NCBI GenBank assembly: GCA_903870815.1
Contig: CAIQEI010000066.1
Coordinates: 5,584-69,583 of the forward strand
Reading direction: 5' to 3'
DNA: 64,000 nt
DNA from: an uncultured Verrucomicrobia subdivision 3 bacterium
GTDB taxonomy: Bacteria > Verrucomicrobiota > Verrucomicrobiia > Limisphaerales > UBA11358
How positions within the stretch are numbered: the stretch's first letter is position 1; every line of letters begins with the position of its first letter. The position numbers and the translations under genes are program-made. Below, piece by piece: positions 47,076 to 57,025 of this stretch. The notes below the pieces were generated by a model. That model did no database searches, was not told the DNA's origin, and worked only from the letters and a program-made list of their open reading frames with translations.

Positions 47076-47076
47076 A

Positions 47077-47110
47077 AAAGCGGCTGGAATTATCCAGCCG
47101 CTTTGATTTT
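47077..47110. terminator. Bidirectional rho-independent terminator between convergent ORF 46554 and dnaN
   Basis: 12-bp stem aaagcggctgga (47077-47088) / tccagccgcttt (47093-47104), with A-run 5' and T-run 3'. Confidence 0.75.
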
Positions 47111-47119
47111 TCTAATTTT

Positions 47120-48226
47120 TCAGTTCAGCCGCATGGGCATGACGACGTATAGAAACGGCCCGTTAATCTTGATGACGCCGGGGCTGAGCTCGTCAATCAG
47201 CTCGATGAACACCTCGTCCTCGGTCAGCGCATTGAGCGGGTCGATGAGGTAGCGCGGATTGAAGGCAATGGCGAGTTCCTTGCCCTTGTAGTTGATGGCC
47301 ATGGTTTCGCGGGCTTCGCCGACTTCCGGCGAATTAGCGGTGATGGTCAGGACGTTTTTGCCGAAGGTGAGCCGCACGGAATTGGCCTTTTCGCTGGTCA
47401 TTATTTCGGCGCGCCGGAGCGCCTGCTGGAGTTCCTCGCGCCCCACCGCGATGCGTTCCTTGGCTTCGCCGGGGATTACCTGGCGGTAATTCGGATAATT
47501 ACCTTCAATCAGCTTGGTGATGAGCAGCACGGAAAACCCGTTTTCATTCTTGAGCGCGAAGGAGGCCTGGTTTTCACCGAATTTGAGTTCCACCTCGCCT
47601 TTGTCCTGCAGCAGCCGGTTGAGCTCGTAGATGGCCTTGGCGGGCACGATGAATTCGCCGGCGCTCTTCTCGGAGATGTCCACTTCCTCGTCCACCAGGG
47701 CCAGCCGGCGGCCATCGGTGGCCACCAGGGTCATCTTGCCTTCCTTCAGGCTGACGAAGATGCCATTGAGGACGTACCGGGATTCGTCCGTGGATACGGC
47801 GAAGCTGGTCTTCCGGATCATCGCCCGGATGTTTTCCTGCGGCTGGGTTACCTTCTTTTCATCCTTGAATTTGGGGAGCGGGGGAAATTCGTCGGCTCCC
47901 AGCCCGTGGATTTTAAAAAATGAGGCGCCGCTGCGGATGCAGGAGATGTTTTTTTCGTCCGTTTCGATTTCAATTTCTCCGTTGAGTTCGCGCACTATTC
48001 CGAAGAGTTTTTTTACCGGCAAGGTGGTTGCTCCGGGTTTGCTGACCTTGGCCTCCACTTTGCAGGCAACGGTGATATCGAGATCCGTGGCCGTAAACTC
48101 AACATGACTGCCTTCGGCCCGAATCAGAACATTGGAAAGAATGGGCAGCGTGGTCCGGTTGCTGACGACATTTTGGACCGCCTGGAGCCCGGCGATAATC
48201 TGATCTTTCGTGATGGTGAGGTTCAT
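47120..48226 (-). CDS. dnaN: DNA polymerase III beta sliding clamp
   Basis: 368 aa. MNLTITKDQIIAGLQAVQNVVSNRTTLPILSNVLI..., ...YVVMPMRLN. Confidence 0.95.
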   Translation of the reverse strand: MNLTITKDQIIAGLQAVQNVVSNRTTLPILSNVLIRAEGSHVEFTATDLDITVACKVEAKVSKPGATTLPVKKLFGIVRELNGEIEIETDEKNISCIRSGASFFKIHGLGADEFPPLPKFKDEKKVTQPQENIRAMIRKTSFAVSTDESRYVLNGIFVSLKEGKMTLVATDGRRLALVDEEVDISEKSAGEFIVPAKAIYELNRLLQDKGEVELKFGENQASFALKNENGFSVLLITKLIEGNYPNYRQVIPGEAKERIAVGREELQQALRRAEIMTSEKANSVRLTFGKNVLTITANSPEVGEARETMAINYKGKELAIAFNPRYLIDPLNALTEDEVFIELIDELSPGVIKINGPFLYVVMPMRLN

Positions 48227-48257
48227 GCGCTTTATAATATTCTGTCTTCTTTAAAAA

Positions 48258-48286
48258 ATTCTATTCTTATTAAGGGCTGTGAACAA
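48258..48286 (-). promoter_or_regulatory. Candidate sigma70-like promoter for dnaN
   Basis: Minus strand TTGTTC (48281-48286), 17 bp, TAGAAT (48258-48263), within an AT-rich 191-bp spacer. Confidence 0.35.
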
Positions 48287-48417
48287 GGCAAACAAAGTTC
48301 AAAGCCGCAATCAACATCGGCAAAAGCTTACGTTTTCACCTGCGACCAGTTCAAGCTATACCAGCCGGAAAAATAAAAAAGCCAAAGTTGTTGGTGCAAT
48401 CCACAATCCATTCACAA

Positions 48418-49590
48418 TCAGCGAGCAATTAATTTGGCCACCTGTGCGCGGCGGATAATCTCCGGTAAACGGGAACAAACAAAATCAACTTCCTCCTCGT
48501 TAGTTTCTCTCCCCAGGGAAAAGCGAACCAGGGAATTGGCCGTCTCCTTCCGCCCGGTGGCGAGAATGACATGGCTTGGTTCCAGCGAGCCAGCCGAACA
48601 AGCCGAACCACTCGAGGCACAAATCCCCTCCAGATCCAAACCAGCCATCAAGGCGATCCCATCCGAACCACGCACCACAAAAGAAACCGTGTTAGACAGG
48701 GAATTAACGCGGGGGCTCACCACTTCGCAGCCCTCAATTTTTTCAATGGCGGCATAAATTTTTGCAGTAAATGGAGAAAACCAGGATTTTGGAAAAACCT
48801 GAGGGGACACAAATCGCTCCATGGCTTCCACCAGCCCGACCACGGCAGGGAGGTTTTCCGTACCAGCTCGGCGCTCATTTTCGTGTCCGCCGCCGAAAAG
48901 GATGGGATCCGGATGAAGCGGCGACCTGATGAACAGCAGTCCCGCACCTTTCGGCCCATGAAATTTGTGGGCGCAAACCGATACCAGGTCCGCATTGAAT
49001 TGGGCGATGTTTTCAAAGGGTTCCTTGCCAAACCACTGCACCGCGTCCGAGTGGAACACGATATTCCGCTCCCGGCAGATGGCCCCGAGCGCCGCCACCG
49101 GCTGAAGCGTGCCGATTTCATTGTTCGCCGCCATCACGGATACCAAAACGGTGTTGGGCCGGAGCGCCCGTTTCAAATCATCCGGAGCAACCCGCCCGTC
49201 GGAATCCACCGGCAGGCGCGTGACCGAAAACCCCTCGTTTTTCTCCAAATAATCAAAGCAGTTCAGGACCGCAGGATGTTCAACCGTGGAGGTGACTATG
49301 TGATTTCCCTTCGCTTTGAGGGCCCGGGCCGTGCCGAGGATGGCGAGATTGTTCGCCTCCGTCCCGCCGCTGGTAAAAATAATTTCGCTGGGTCTCGCCC
49401 CGAGAAATTTGGCCGCCCGGTCGCGGGCATCGTCGAGCACCGCCCGGGCTTTGCGGCCGACGTGATGGACGCTGGAGGGATTGCCCCAAATATCGCCGTC
49501 CCCGCCGCCCAGAAACGGCAGCATCGCCTCGCGCACACCCGGATCCAGCGGCGTGGTGGCGTTGTAATCAAAATAAATCGTGCGCGGCAT
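48418..49590 (-). CDS. Cysteine desulfurase (NifS/IscS class)
   Basis: IYFDYNATTPL, FTSGGTEANN, SVCAHKFHGPKG (PLP Lys), SSGSACSAGS. Start at MPRTIYF (49590). Confidence 0.92.
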   Translation of the reverse strand: MPRTIYFDYNATTPLDPGVREAMLPFLGGGDGDIWGNPSSVHHVGRKARAVLDDARDRAAKFLGARPSEIIFTSGGTEANNLAILGTARALKAKGNHIVTSTVEHPAVLNCFDYLEKNEGFSVTRLPVDSDGRVAPDDLKRALRPNTVLVSVMAANNEIGTLQPVAALGAICRERNIVFHSDAVQWFGKEPFENIAQFNADLVSVCAHKFHGPKGAGLLFIRSPLHPDPILFGGGHENERRAGTENLPAVVGLVEAMERFVSPQVFPKSWFSPFTAKIYAAIEKIEGCEVVSPRVNSLSNTVSFVVRGSDGIALMAGLDLEGICASSGSACSAGSLEPSHVILATGRKETANSLVRFSLGRETNEEEVDFVCSRLPEIIRRAQVAKLIAR

Positions 49591-49612
49591 CGGTTTGCAA
49601 TTTTTTGATATT

Positions 49613-49680
49613 GGATTTACGATTAACGCGGGTTGTTCAAGGCGGAGCCAATCGTAAATCGCCTTTCGCCAATCGTAAAT
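49613..49680. repeat. AATCGTAAAT word: one inverted and two direct copies in the desulfurase/trpF divergent region
   Basis: ggatttacgatt (49613-49624). gccaatcgtaaat at 49647-49659 and 49668-49680, a 21-bp period. The last copy overlaps the trpF ATG (49679). Confidence 0.75.
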
Positions 49681-50305
49681 GAAAACGCGGGTAAAAATAT
49701 GCGGCATCACAAGCGTCGCCGACGGCCAGGCTGCCGCCGGCTCCGGCGCGGACCTGATCGGCCTGATGTTCTACGAGGGAAGTCCGCGCCATATTCCCTT
49801 GGAATTGGCGGCGGAGATCGCGCACGCCGTGCCGCCGTTCGTCCTCAAGACGGGCGTGTTCGTGAATCCATCGGCGGGATTGGTCACGGAAGCCATCGCC
49901 CGGTGCGGCCTGAACCTGCTCCAGTTTCACGGCGACGAACCGCCGGAATTCTGCACCCAGTTCGGCGTGATGAGCGTGAAAGCCTTTCGCATCCGTGACG
50001 AGGCCTCGCTCGCGGAGTTGCCGAAATACCCGACCGACGCCTACCTGCTCGACGCCTATTCGCCGGAAGTGCGCGGCGGCACCGGCGAACAATTCAACTG
50101 GGACCTCGCGGTGGCCGCGCAGAAATTGGGCAAGCCGATCTTCCTCGCCGGCGGGTTGACGCCGGAAAACGTCGCCGAAGCGGTGACCCGGGTGGCGCCG
50201 TTTGCCGTGGATGTTTCCAGCGGCGTGGAATCGGCTCCCGGCAAAAAAGATCCCGCGAAAGTGAGCGCCTTCATCCAAGCCGTGCGGCACGCCAGTCCAA
50301 ATTGA
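49679..50305 (+). CDS. trpF: Phosphoribosylanthranilate isomerase
   Basis: MKTRVKICGITS..., LLQFHGDE, FLAGGLTPENV. Confidence 0.93.
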   Translation: MKTRVKICGITSVADGQAAAGSGADLIGLMFYEGSPRHIPLELAAEIAHAVPPFVLKTGVFVNPSAGLVTEAIARCGLNLLQFHGDEPPEFCTQFGVMSVKAFRIRDEASLAELPKYPTDAYLLDAYSPEVRGGTGEQFNWDLAVAAQKLGKPIFLAGGLTPENVAEAVTRVAPFAVDVSSGVESAPGKKDPAKVSAFIQAVRHASPN

Positions 50306-50458
50306 AAGGGGAACCGGTTTTAGGGCTTATCACCCCAAAGCGGGCCGGACTTGGCCGGGTGAAGAATGGCTAATGGCAAAAATTGCTAAACATTTGGCAG
50401 TCCGCGATTGGTTTTGATTCGCGGTTTCATGGAGGATGGATCCGTAATCCACATCACC

Positions 50459-51766
50459 ATGAGCCAGAAAACCCGTTTCGATCTGGAGCAGGCGGATATT
50501 CCTTCCGCCTGGTATAACCTCAACGCCGATTTCCCCGAGCCGCTGCCGCCGCCGCTGCATCCCGGCACGAAAGAGCCGCTGCCGCCGGAAGCGCTCGAAG
50601 CGATCTTCCCGAAAAATCTCATCGCGCAGGAAATGAGCGCGGAGAAATACATCGAGATCCCCGAACCGGTGCGCGACATCTACGCGCTCTGGCGGCCCAC
50701 GCCGTTGCTGCGCGCCGTGCGCCTGGAAAAGGCGCTGAACACGCCGGCGCATATTTATTACAAATACGAGGGCGTCAGCCCCGCCGGCAGCCACAAGGTC
50801 AACACCTCCGTGCCGCAGGCGTATTATAACAAAATCGCCGGCACCCGGCGGCTCGCCACGGAAACCGGCGCGGGCCAGTGGGGCGCGTCGCTGGCCTTCG
50901 CCTGCAGCTTGTTCGGGCTGGAATGCAACATTTACATGGTCAAGGTCAGCTACGACCAGAAGCCCTATCGCCGGATGCTGATGCACACCTGGGGCGCGAC
51001 GGTTCATGCCAGCCCGAGCGACCAGACGGAATACGGCCGCAAATTGCTGGCGCAGGATCCGCACCAGCCCGGCAGCCTCGGCATTGCCATCAGCGAAGCC
51101 ATCGAGGACACGGTCAAAACGCCCGACACGAAGTATTCCCTCGGCAGCGTGTTGAACCATGTCTGCCATCACCAAACGGTCATCGGTGAGGAAACCATCC
51201 AGCAGATGGAAAAAGCTGGGGAGGAGCCGGACGTGATCTTTGGGTGTTGCGGCGGCGGGAGCAATTTTGCCGGGCTGGCCTTTCCGTTCATGCGGGGAAA
51301 AATCCGGCACGGAAAAAAATACCGCATCGTCGGCGTCGAGCCGTCCGCCTGTCCGACCCTGACGCAGGGCGAACTGCGCTACGATTTTGGCGACACGGCC
51401 GAAACCACGCCGCTCCTGAAGATGTTCACGCTGGGCCATAATTTCATCCCGCCGAGCATCCACGCGGGCGGCCTGCGCTATCACGGCATGTCGCCGATGG
51501 TCAGCCACGCCCTCAAGCTCGGCCTCATGGAAGCCGAGGCGATTCACCAGACCAAAGTGTTCGAGGCCGCCGTGCTGTTCGCCCGCCGGGAAGGAATCGT
51601 GCCCGCGCCGGAATCGTCCCACGCCATCGCCGCCGTGGTGGCTGAGGCGATCAAATGCCGCGAAGCCGGGACTAAAAAAGTGCTGCTCTTCAACCTCTCC
51701 GGCCACGGCCTGCTCGACTTGAGTTCGTTTGAAAGTTATCTGCACGGAAAAATTCAGGACGTTTAA
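50459..51766 (+). CDS. TrpB2-type tryptophan synthase beta-like PLP enzyme
   Basis: About 435 aa long form. PSAWYNL...RPTPL..A..LE..L.....[36 protein letters not shown]. Start at MSQKTRF. Confidence 0.88.
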   Translation: MSQKTRFDLEQADIPSAWYNLNADFPEPLPPPLHPGTKEPLPPEALEAIFPKNLIAQEMSAEKYIEIPEPVRDIYALWRPTPLLRAVRLEKALNTPAHIYYKYEGVSPAGSHKVNTSVPQAYYNKIAGTRRLATETGAGQWGASLAFACSLFGLECNIYMVKVSYDQKPYRRMLMHTWGATVHASPSDQTEYGRKLLAQDPHQPGSLGIAISEAIEDTVKTPDTKYSLGSVLNHVCHHQTVIGEETIQQMEKAGEEPDVIFGCCGGGSNFAGLAFPFMRGKIRHGKKYRIVGVEPSACPTLTQGELRYDFGDTAETTPLLKMFTLGHNFIPPSIHAGGLRYHGMSPMVSHALKLGLMEAEAIHQTKVFEAAVLFARREGIVPAPESSHAIAAVVAEAIKCREAGTKKVLLFNLSGHGLLDLSSFESYLHGKIQDV

Positions 51767-51785
51767 CCCGCAACCAAAATCCAAG

Positions 51786-52676
51786 ATGAAATCCCTCACT
51801 CGTTTGCTTCTGGCCGCCGCCGTCATCGGTTTGGCGCACCCACTTCAAGCCCAACCATTGCCGGCGGGCAGCCATTATCCGGTCGGCGCGGAAGGCATCA
51901 AGGGCGCCTCGCTGCCGCCGCCGGGCGTTTATCTCCGTGACTACAATTTTTTCTACACTGCGGACAAGGTGAATGGCATGCCGAACGGCCCGGACATCTT
52001 TGCCTACGTCCAGGCGCCCCGCCTGATTTGGATGACCGACTGGACCCTCCTCGGGGCGAACTACGGCATGGATGTGATCGTGCCGTTCGCCTACAAAAAC
52101 ATCGCCGCGCCCTTTGGTGACGGACACCGGTTCAATCTCGCGGACATCCAGGTGGAACCGCTGCTTCTCTCCTGGCATCTCAAGCAGTTTGATATGGCCG
52201 CCGGCTACGCGGTCTGGGTGCCGTCCGGCGAATTCAACGCCGACACGCCTGTGCATTATCTCACCAGCCCCGGCAGCGGGTTCTGGACGCACATGCTCAC
52301 GCTCGGCGGCGTCTGGTATCCCGACGAAAAAAAGACCTGGGCCGTCTCGCTCCTGAATCGCTACGAAATCAACACCGAACAAAACCACACCGACATCACG
52401 CCCGGCAACATGCTCACCATGGAATGGGGCTTGAGCAAAACCGTTTGTCCGAACGTGGATGCGGGTTTCATCGGCTATTACCAGCAACTTGTCACCAAGG
52501 ATAGCGGCACCGGTGCTTCCGCAGATTATTCCAACGTTGTCGGCCTCGGTCCGGAAGTCAGCGCCTTCTGGCCCAAGATTGGCACGTTCACTTCGCTGCG
52601 CTACGCCTATGAAGTGACCGCGCACGACCGGCCGCAAGGTCAGACCATTGTGCTGACCATCACCAAGCGGTTTTAA
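51786..52676 (+). CDS. Outer-membrane beta-barrel channel (MetA-pathway phenol-degradation / SphA-like family)
   Basis: Signal peptide MKSLTRLLLAAAVIGLAHPLQAQ, alternating beta-strand pattern, C-terminal ...ITKRF. Confidence 0.65.
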   Translation: MKSLTRLLLAAAVIGLAHPLQAQPLPAGSHYPVGAEGIKGASLPPPGVYLRDYNFFYTADKVNGMPNGPDIFAYVQAPRLIWMTDWTLLGANYGMDVIVPFAYKNIAAPFGDGHRFNLADIQVEPLLLSWHLKQFDMAAGYAVWVPSGEFNADTPVHYLTSPGSGFWTHMLTLGGVWYPDEKKTWAVSLLNRYEINTEQNHTDITPGNMLTMEWGLSKTVCPNVDAGFIGYYQQLVTKDSGTGASADYSNVVGLGPEVSAFWPKIGTFTSLRYAYEVTAHDRPQGQTIVLTITKRF

Positions 52677-52702
52677 TCGGCAGCGAGAGCGGCGGAAAAA
52701 TT

Positions 52703-52728
52703 CTTTGCGCGCCTTGCGCCTTTGCGTG
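52703..52728. repeat. CTTTGCG-type 8-bp word array in the trpB leader
   Basis: ctttgcgc gccttgcg cctttgcg tg, ending 11 nt before the trpB ATG. Confidence 0.75.
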
Positions 52729-52739
52729 AGAATTGAACC

Positions 52740-53954
52740 ATGAGTTCAGTCCTCGCAGAAAATCTGCCCGACGCCACCGGCCATTTCGGTCCGTTCGGCG
52801 GACGTTATGTGCCGGAGACGCTGATGCATCCGTTGCAGGAACTGGAGGCCGAATACTTTCGCGCGCAGCACGACCCGGAATTTCAGCGCGAGCTTTCCTA
52901 TTACCTCACGGAATTTGTCGGTCGCCCTTCGCCGCTTTATTTTGCCGAACGCCTCACCAAGGAACTCGGCGGAGCGAAGATTTATCTCAAGCGCGAGGAC
53001 CTGAACCACACCGGCGCGCACAAGATCAACAACGCCCTCGGCCAGATCCTGCTCGCCAAGCGCATGGGCAAGACGCGCATCATCGCGGAGACCGGCGCGG
53101 GCCAGCACGGCGTCGCTTCCGCCACCGTCGCGGCGATGTTCGGTATGAAATGCGTCATCTACATGGGCGCGGTGGATTGTCAGCGGCAGGAGCTGAACGT
53201 GTATCGCATGAAAATGCTCGGCGCGGAAGTTGTGCCGGTGCAAGCGGGGCAAAAGACCTTGAAGGAGGCCGTCAATGAAGCCATGCGCGACTGGGTGACG
53301 AACCTTCGCAATACTCATTATATTCTCGGCACGGCTTACGGTGCGCATCCCTATCCGGTGATGGTGCGGAATTTTCAGCGCATTATCGGTGACGAGGCAC
53401 GCGCGCAAATCTTGGAGAAGGAAAAGCGCCTGCCGGACATGCTCATCGCGTGCGTCGGCGGCGGCTCGAACGCCATCGGATTGTTTTATCCGTTCCTTGA
53501 AGACAAATCCGTGAAACTCGTTGGCGTGGAAGCCGGTGGACTGGGCATCAAGCCGGAGCAGCATGCGGCGCGGTTTCAAGGTGGCTCACTCGGCGTGTTG
53601 CAGGGCACGCGCAGCTACATTTTGCAGGACGAATTTGGCCAGATCCAATCTACGCACAGCGTCAGCGCCGGCCTCGATTACGCTGCCGTCGGACCCGAAC
53701 ACGCTTGGCTGCGCGACGCCAGCCGCGCCGAATACACCTACGCGATTGACGACCAGGCCCTCGAAGCCTTCATGAAACTCGCGCGGCTCGAGGGCATCAT
53801 CCCCGCGCTGGAAAGCGCCCACGCCGTGGCCGAGTGCATGGTGCGCGCTCCTAAGATGAGCAAAGACGCGCTCATCATCGTGAACCTCTCCGGTCGCGGC
53901 GACAAAGACGTGGCGCAAGTGGCCGCGAAGGTGAAACTGGAAATGCCGAAGTGA
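52740..53954 (+). CDS. trpB: Tryptophan synthase beta chain (canonical TrpB1)
   Basis: [50 protein letters not shown]. Confidence 0.96.
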   Translation: MSSVLAENLPDATGHFGPFGGRYVPETLMHPLQELEAEYFRAQHDPEFQRELSYYLTEFVGRPSPLYFAERLTKELGGAKIYLKREDLNHTGAHKINNALGQILLAKRMGKTRIIAETGAGQHGVASATVAAMFGMKCVIYMGAVDCQRQELNVYRMKMLGAEVVPVQAGQKTLKEAVNEAMRDWVTNLRNTHYILGTAYGAHPYPVMVRNFQRIIGDEARAQILEKEKRLPDMLIACVGGGSNAIGLFYPFLEDKSVKLVGVEAGGLGIKPEQHAARFQGGSLGVLQGTRSYILQDEFGQIQSTHSVSAGLDYAAVGPEHAWLRDASRAEYTYAIDDQALEAFMKLARLEGIIPALESAHAVAECMVRAPKMSKDALIIVNLSGRGDKDVAQVAAKVKLEMPK

Positions 53955-53964
53955 ATATTTTCCA

Positions 53965-54761
53965 ATGCCACAAAAACAAAAGCATGTTTTTGTTTGGACT
54001 AACTACCGACAATGGAGAAAAGTTGTTCTACGTTTGTTGAATGATTTATTGGACAAGGGGGTGCTCGAAGAACTTCGCAAAAATCCTCCTGCATACATTG
54101 TTGCCGACAAACTTGAATGGCTAGACAAGGCAATTAAAAAAGTAAAGATGCTGCCTAATTCAGACATTTGCACAATTTTTCTTGAGCGTTTCCAAAATCA
54201 TTATCATTTTGTACGTGGATTTCATGGGTGCCGCGCAGAATCATCCGAGTCATACCAGCAGAATGGCATCCGGCCCAGCAATCCATCTTCGCTAAACGAA
54301 ATTGCCAGACAAATATTTCAACGGAAAATGCAGTTGAATCTGCGATTAAAGACTTGGATACGGGCCATTATTCATATCGTGAACACAATCAGGGGAAAGT
54401 TTGCTTATGCATCCAGCCGGAACATTTAATTGAGGATTGCGGTCACTATTTACTTTATGGAAGTGAATACTTGGGATGTATCGCGGCGCGAATTGGTGAG
54501 GAGCAAGTGCTCCGAAAACGCGGGCGCGCAATGATTATCGAATGCAATGTCCCAACGACCGACATACCAATCGGATATTTGAAGTGCTTGATTGGACAAA
54601 TTGTTCGAGAGATAGCAGAGAAAAATTGTTTTAGGCCAACTAGCAAAATCATTGTGTTTGGTTTTGAGGTGCCTCACAAACTTGAACCGCAGAACATAGT
54701 TGGCTTCCATTTTCCGACCAACATTCATAATCCACTCCGTTACGGAATGCGTGAGAATTGA
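53965..54761 (+). pseudogene. Low-GC orphan gene split by an apparent 1-nt deletion near 54312-54318
   Basis: ORF 53965..54429 makes sense up to ...NEIARQIF. ORF 54228..54761 (-1 frame) makes sense from STENAVESAIKD... The junction is at caaatatttcaacgg. A 60-nt hand count at 54001-54060 gives 38% G+C, versus 63% at 53881-53940. Confidence 0.5.
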
Positions 54762-54865
54762 AGCGGTTGAAGAAAGAGCGAAGCTTAGGCGGAAGACGTC
54801 CGCAAATATCACCTCCCCGATTTCTCGAACTGGCAGCCCCAGCCGCTTTTAATCACGGCTTACCG

Positions 54866-56215
54866 TCAATCTTCTTCCACCTCTTGCGGCTGGTGGGTGA
54901 TGATGCGGGCGCTGCGGCGGTTGGAAAAATAGGAATAGGCCCATTGGAACAGCACGGCAGTGCGGTTGCGGAAGCCGACCAGAAAAATGAGGTGAATAAA
55001 CAGCCACGCCAGCCACGCTGGATAGCCGGACAGCCTGAGTCGGCCCATCTGCGCGACAGCGGCGGAACGGCCAATGGTCGCCATCGTGCCTTTATCCCAA
55101 TACTTGAACGGCGCACGCGGCGGCGGTTTCGCGTCAGCGTTGAGTTCGGCGGCAATGATTTTCGCAACGTATTTACCCATTTGCATGGCGGCCGGTGAAA
55201 CGCCGGGAACGGGTTTGCCGTCGGCGTTCAGCACCAGCGCCATGTCGCCGATGGCAAAAATTTCCGGATGGCCGGGCAAACTTAAATCATGATTCACCTT
55301 CACGCGTCCGCCTCGATCCAGTTCGCAGCCGAGCTTTTTGGTGAGCGGCGTGGAGGCGACGCCGGCGGCCCAGACGATGTTGCCGGCGTTGATGATTTTA
55401 CCATTGGCGAGCTCCACGATGCCTTCGCGGATGCTTTTCACCTGGGTGTCGGTCTTGACGTTGACCCCAAGGTGAATGAGCTGCCACTTGGCCTTCTCGG
55501 AAAGGCTCGGCGGCAGATGCGACAGGATGCGCGGCCCGCCTTCGAGCAGGATGACATGGGCCTGCGCGGGATCAATGCGGCGGAAATCCAGGTTCATGAC
55601 TGTCCGGGTCAGCTCCGCGAAGGAGCCGGCGAGCTCCACGCCGGTCGGGCCACCCCCCACCACGACGATGGTCATGAGCCGGTCGTGTTCGAGCGGATCG
55701 GTTTCAATTTCCGCTTTTTCAAACGCGAGCAAAATGCGGCTGCGGAGGCGCAACGCGTCGTCGAGCGTTTTGAGGCCGGGCGCGAACTGTTCCCATTCGT
55801 GGTGGCCGAAGTAGCCGGTGTGGCCGCCGAGGGCGAGCACGAGATAGTCGTAATCCAGCGCGCTTTTTTCGAGGAACACTTTTTTCTGGGCGAGGTCGAA
55901 ACCCGTCGCCTTGTCGAGCAGCACGGTGATGTCCGGACGGTGGGACAGGATGCCGCGGATGGGCTGGGCGACGTCCGTGGCCGAGAGCGCGCACGTGGCC
56001 ACCTGATAGAGCAGCGGCTGGAAGAGATGATGGTTGGTGCGGTCAACGAGCGTGATGCGCGCATTGGGGTGACGGAAATGTTTGCAGAACGTCAGGCCAC
56101 CAAAGCCTGCGCCAAGCACGACGATATGCGACGATTTGCCTCCTCCCTCCACGCCGGCAATGTGGGTCAATCCGGGAAAAATGCAACCAGGATGTTTGCT
56201 TGCGATCACCGCCAT
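54866..56215 (-). CDS. ndh: Type II NADH dehydrogenase (NDH-2)
   Basis: HIVVLGAGFGGLTF, VVVGGGPTGVELAG, FAIGDMA. Start at MAVIASK (56215). Confidence 0.9.
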   Translation of the reverse strand: MAVIASKHPGCIFPGLTHIAGVEGGGKSSHIVVLGAGFGGLTFCKHFRHPNARITLVDRTNHHLFQPLLYQVATCALSATDVAQPIRGILSHRPDITVLLDKATGFDLAQKKVFLEKSALDYDYLVLALGGHTGYFGHHEWEQFAPGLKTLDDALRLRSRILLAFEKAEIETDPLEHDRLMTIVVVGGGPTGVELAGSFAELTRTVMNLDFRRIDPAQAHVILLEGGPRILSHLPPSLSEKAKWQLIHLGVNVKTDTQVKSIREGIVELANGKIINAGNIVWAAGVASTPLTKKLGCELDRGGRVKVNHDLSLPGHPEIFAIGDMALVLNADGKPVPGVSPAAMQMGKYVAKIIAAELNADAKPPPRAPFKYWDKGTMATIGRSAAVAQMGRLRLSGYPAWLAWLFIHLIFLVGFRNRTAVLFQWAYSYFSNRRSARIITHQPQEVEED

Positions 56216-56300
56216 AAAACCTTGCGTTTGCAAGCCAGTCGGCTTTCCTGATGCCAACGTGAATCCAAATGAAAACCCAACCGGCAAGAATCTGCGCCCG

Positions 56301-56963
56301 ATGGCTTACTGGTGGCTTTGGGTTTTGGATACCGTGCTGGTGAGCGCGGGCCTCCTTTTTTTTCTGGCGCTGCAATATGGCACCTACGAATTCTTCGGTA
56401 AAGCCTGCGCGATGGCGTTTTTGCCGCTCATCCCGGTTCTGGTGCTGGTCGGCGGCGGCGGCAGCTCGGTTTTCGCCCTGACCAAGGTATGGATCGAGAA
56501 ACGCGCTTTGCCGCGGCCGACCGCGCTGGCGTTGCTGGTCGGCCCCGCGCTGGTGGTGACGCTGGCGCTCGGGCTATTAGGTGCATTCAAATCGCCCGGT
56601 CACCGGCTGGCATACCTCTGCCTGGGAAAGGCCCCGGCCTCGGCCACCCAGGTTCGGATTACCGGCTATTCCACCTTCCTGCGGGAAGAATGGCTGGCCG
56701 TATTCAAGGTCGGCCAAAACGATTTTCAAACCTTGGTCGCCAACGCAAAACTCGTGCCGGCCGATGGCATTGAATTCCAAAACCTGCTCAAGCCATCCGC
56801 GCTCAAAACCACCCGGCTGTTTCAAAGTCTGGCGCCGTTGAACAACGCGATTGGCTACAAACGCGTTTTCAAGGAGAGCGAGGAACACGAGCGTGGCACC
56901 GTTTTTGCGCTGTTCGATCCTCCAACCAGCACTGCGATCGTGGTTCGGGAATATCATGATTGA
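56301..56963 (+). CDS. Hypothetical membrane protein
   Basis: In-frame ATG 56301 (MAYWWLWVLDTVLVSAGLLFF...). Three to four TM helices plus a soluble C-terminal domain. Confidence 0.55.
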   Translation: MAYWWLWVLDTVLVSAGLLFFLALQYGTYEFFGKACAMAFLPLIPVLVLVGGGGSSVFALTKVWIEKRALPRPTALALLVGPALVVTLALGLLGAFKSPGHRLAYLCLGKAPASATQVRITGYSTFLREEWLAVFKVGQNDFQTLVANAKLVPADGIEFQNLLKPSALKTTRLFQSLAPLNNAIGYKRVFKESEEHERGTVFALFDPPTSTAIVVREYHD

Positions 56964-57025
56964 GAGCCGCACGGTTCGCCGGATTGGGTTTGCATCCCGT
57001 GAAAATTTCCGTTTAATCCCCGCGC

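Noticed and set aside
48227-48417. oriC next to dnaN (AT-rich spacer with DnaA-box-like 9-mers caatccaca at 48397-48405 and tgtgaacaa at 48278-48286)
   Set aside because: Both 9-mers match the TTATCCACA consensus at only 7/9. There are only two of them, dnaA is not adjacent (the upstream gene is a cysteine desulfurase), and I cannot compute GC skew. An ordinary AT-rich promoter region is the simpler reading.
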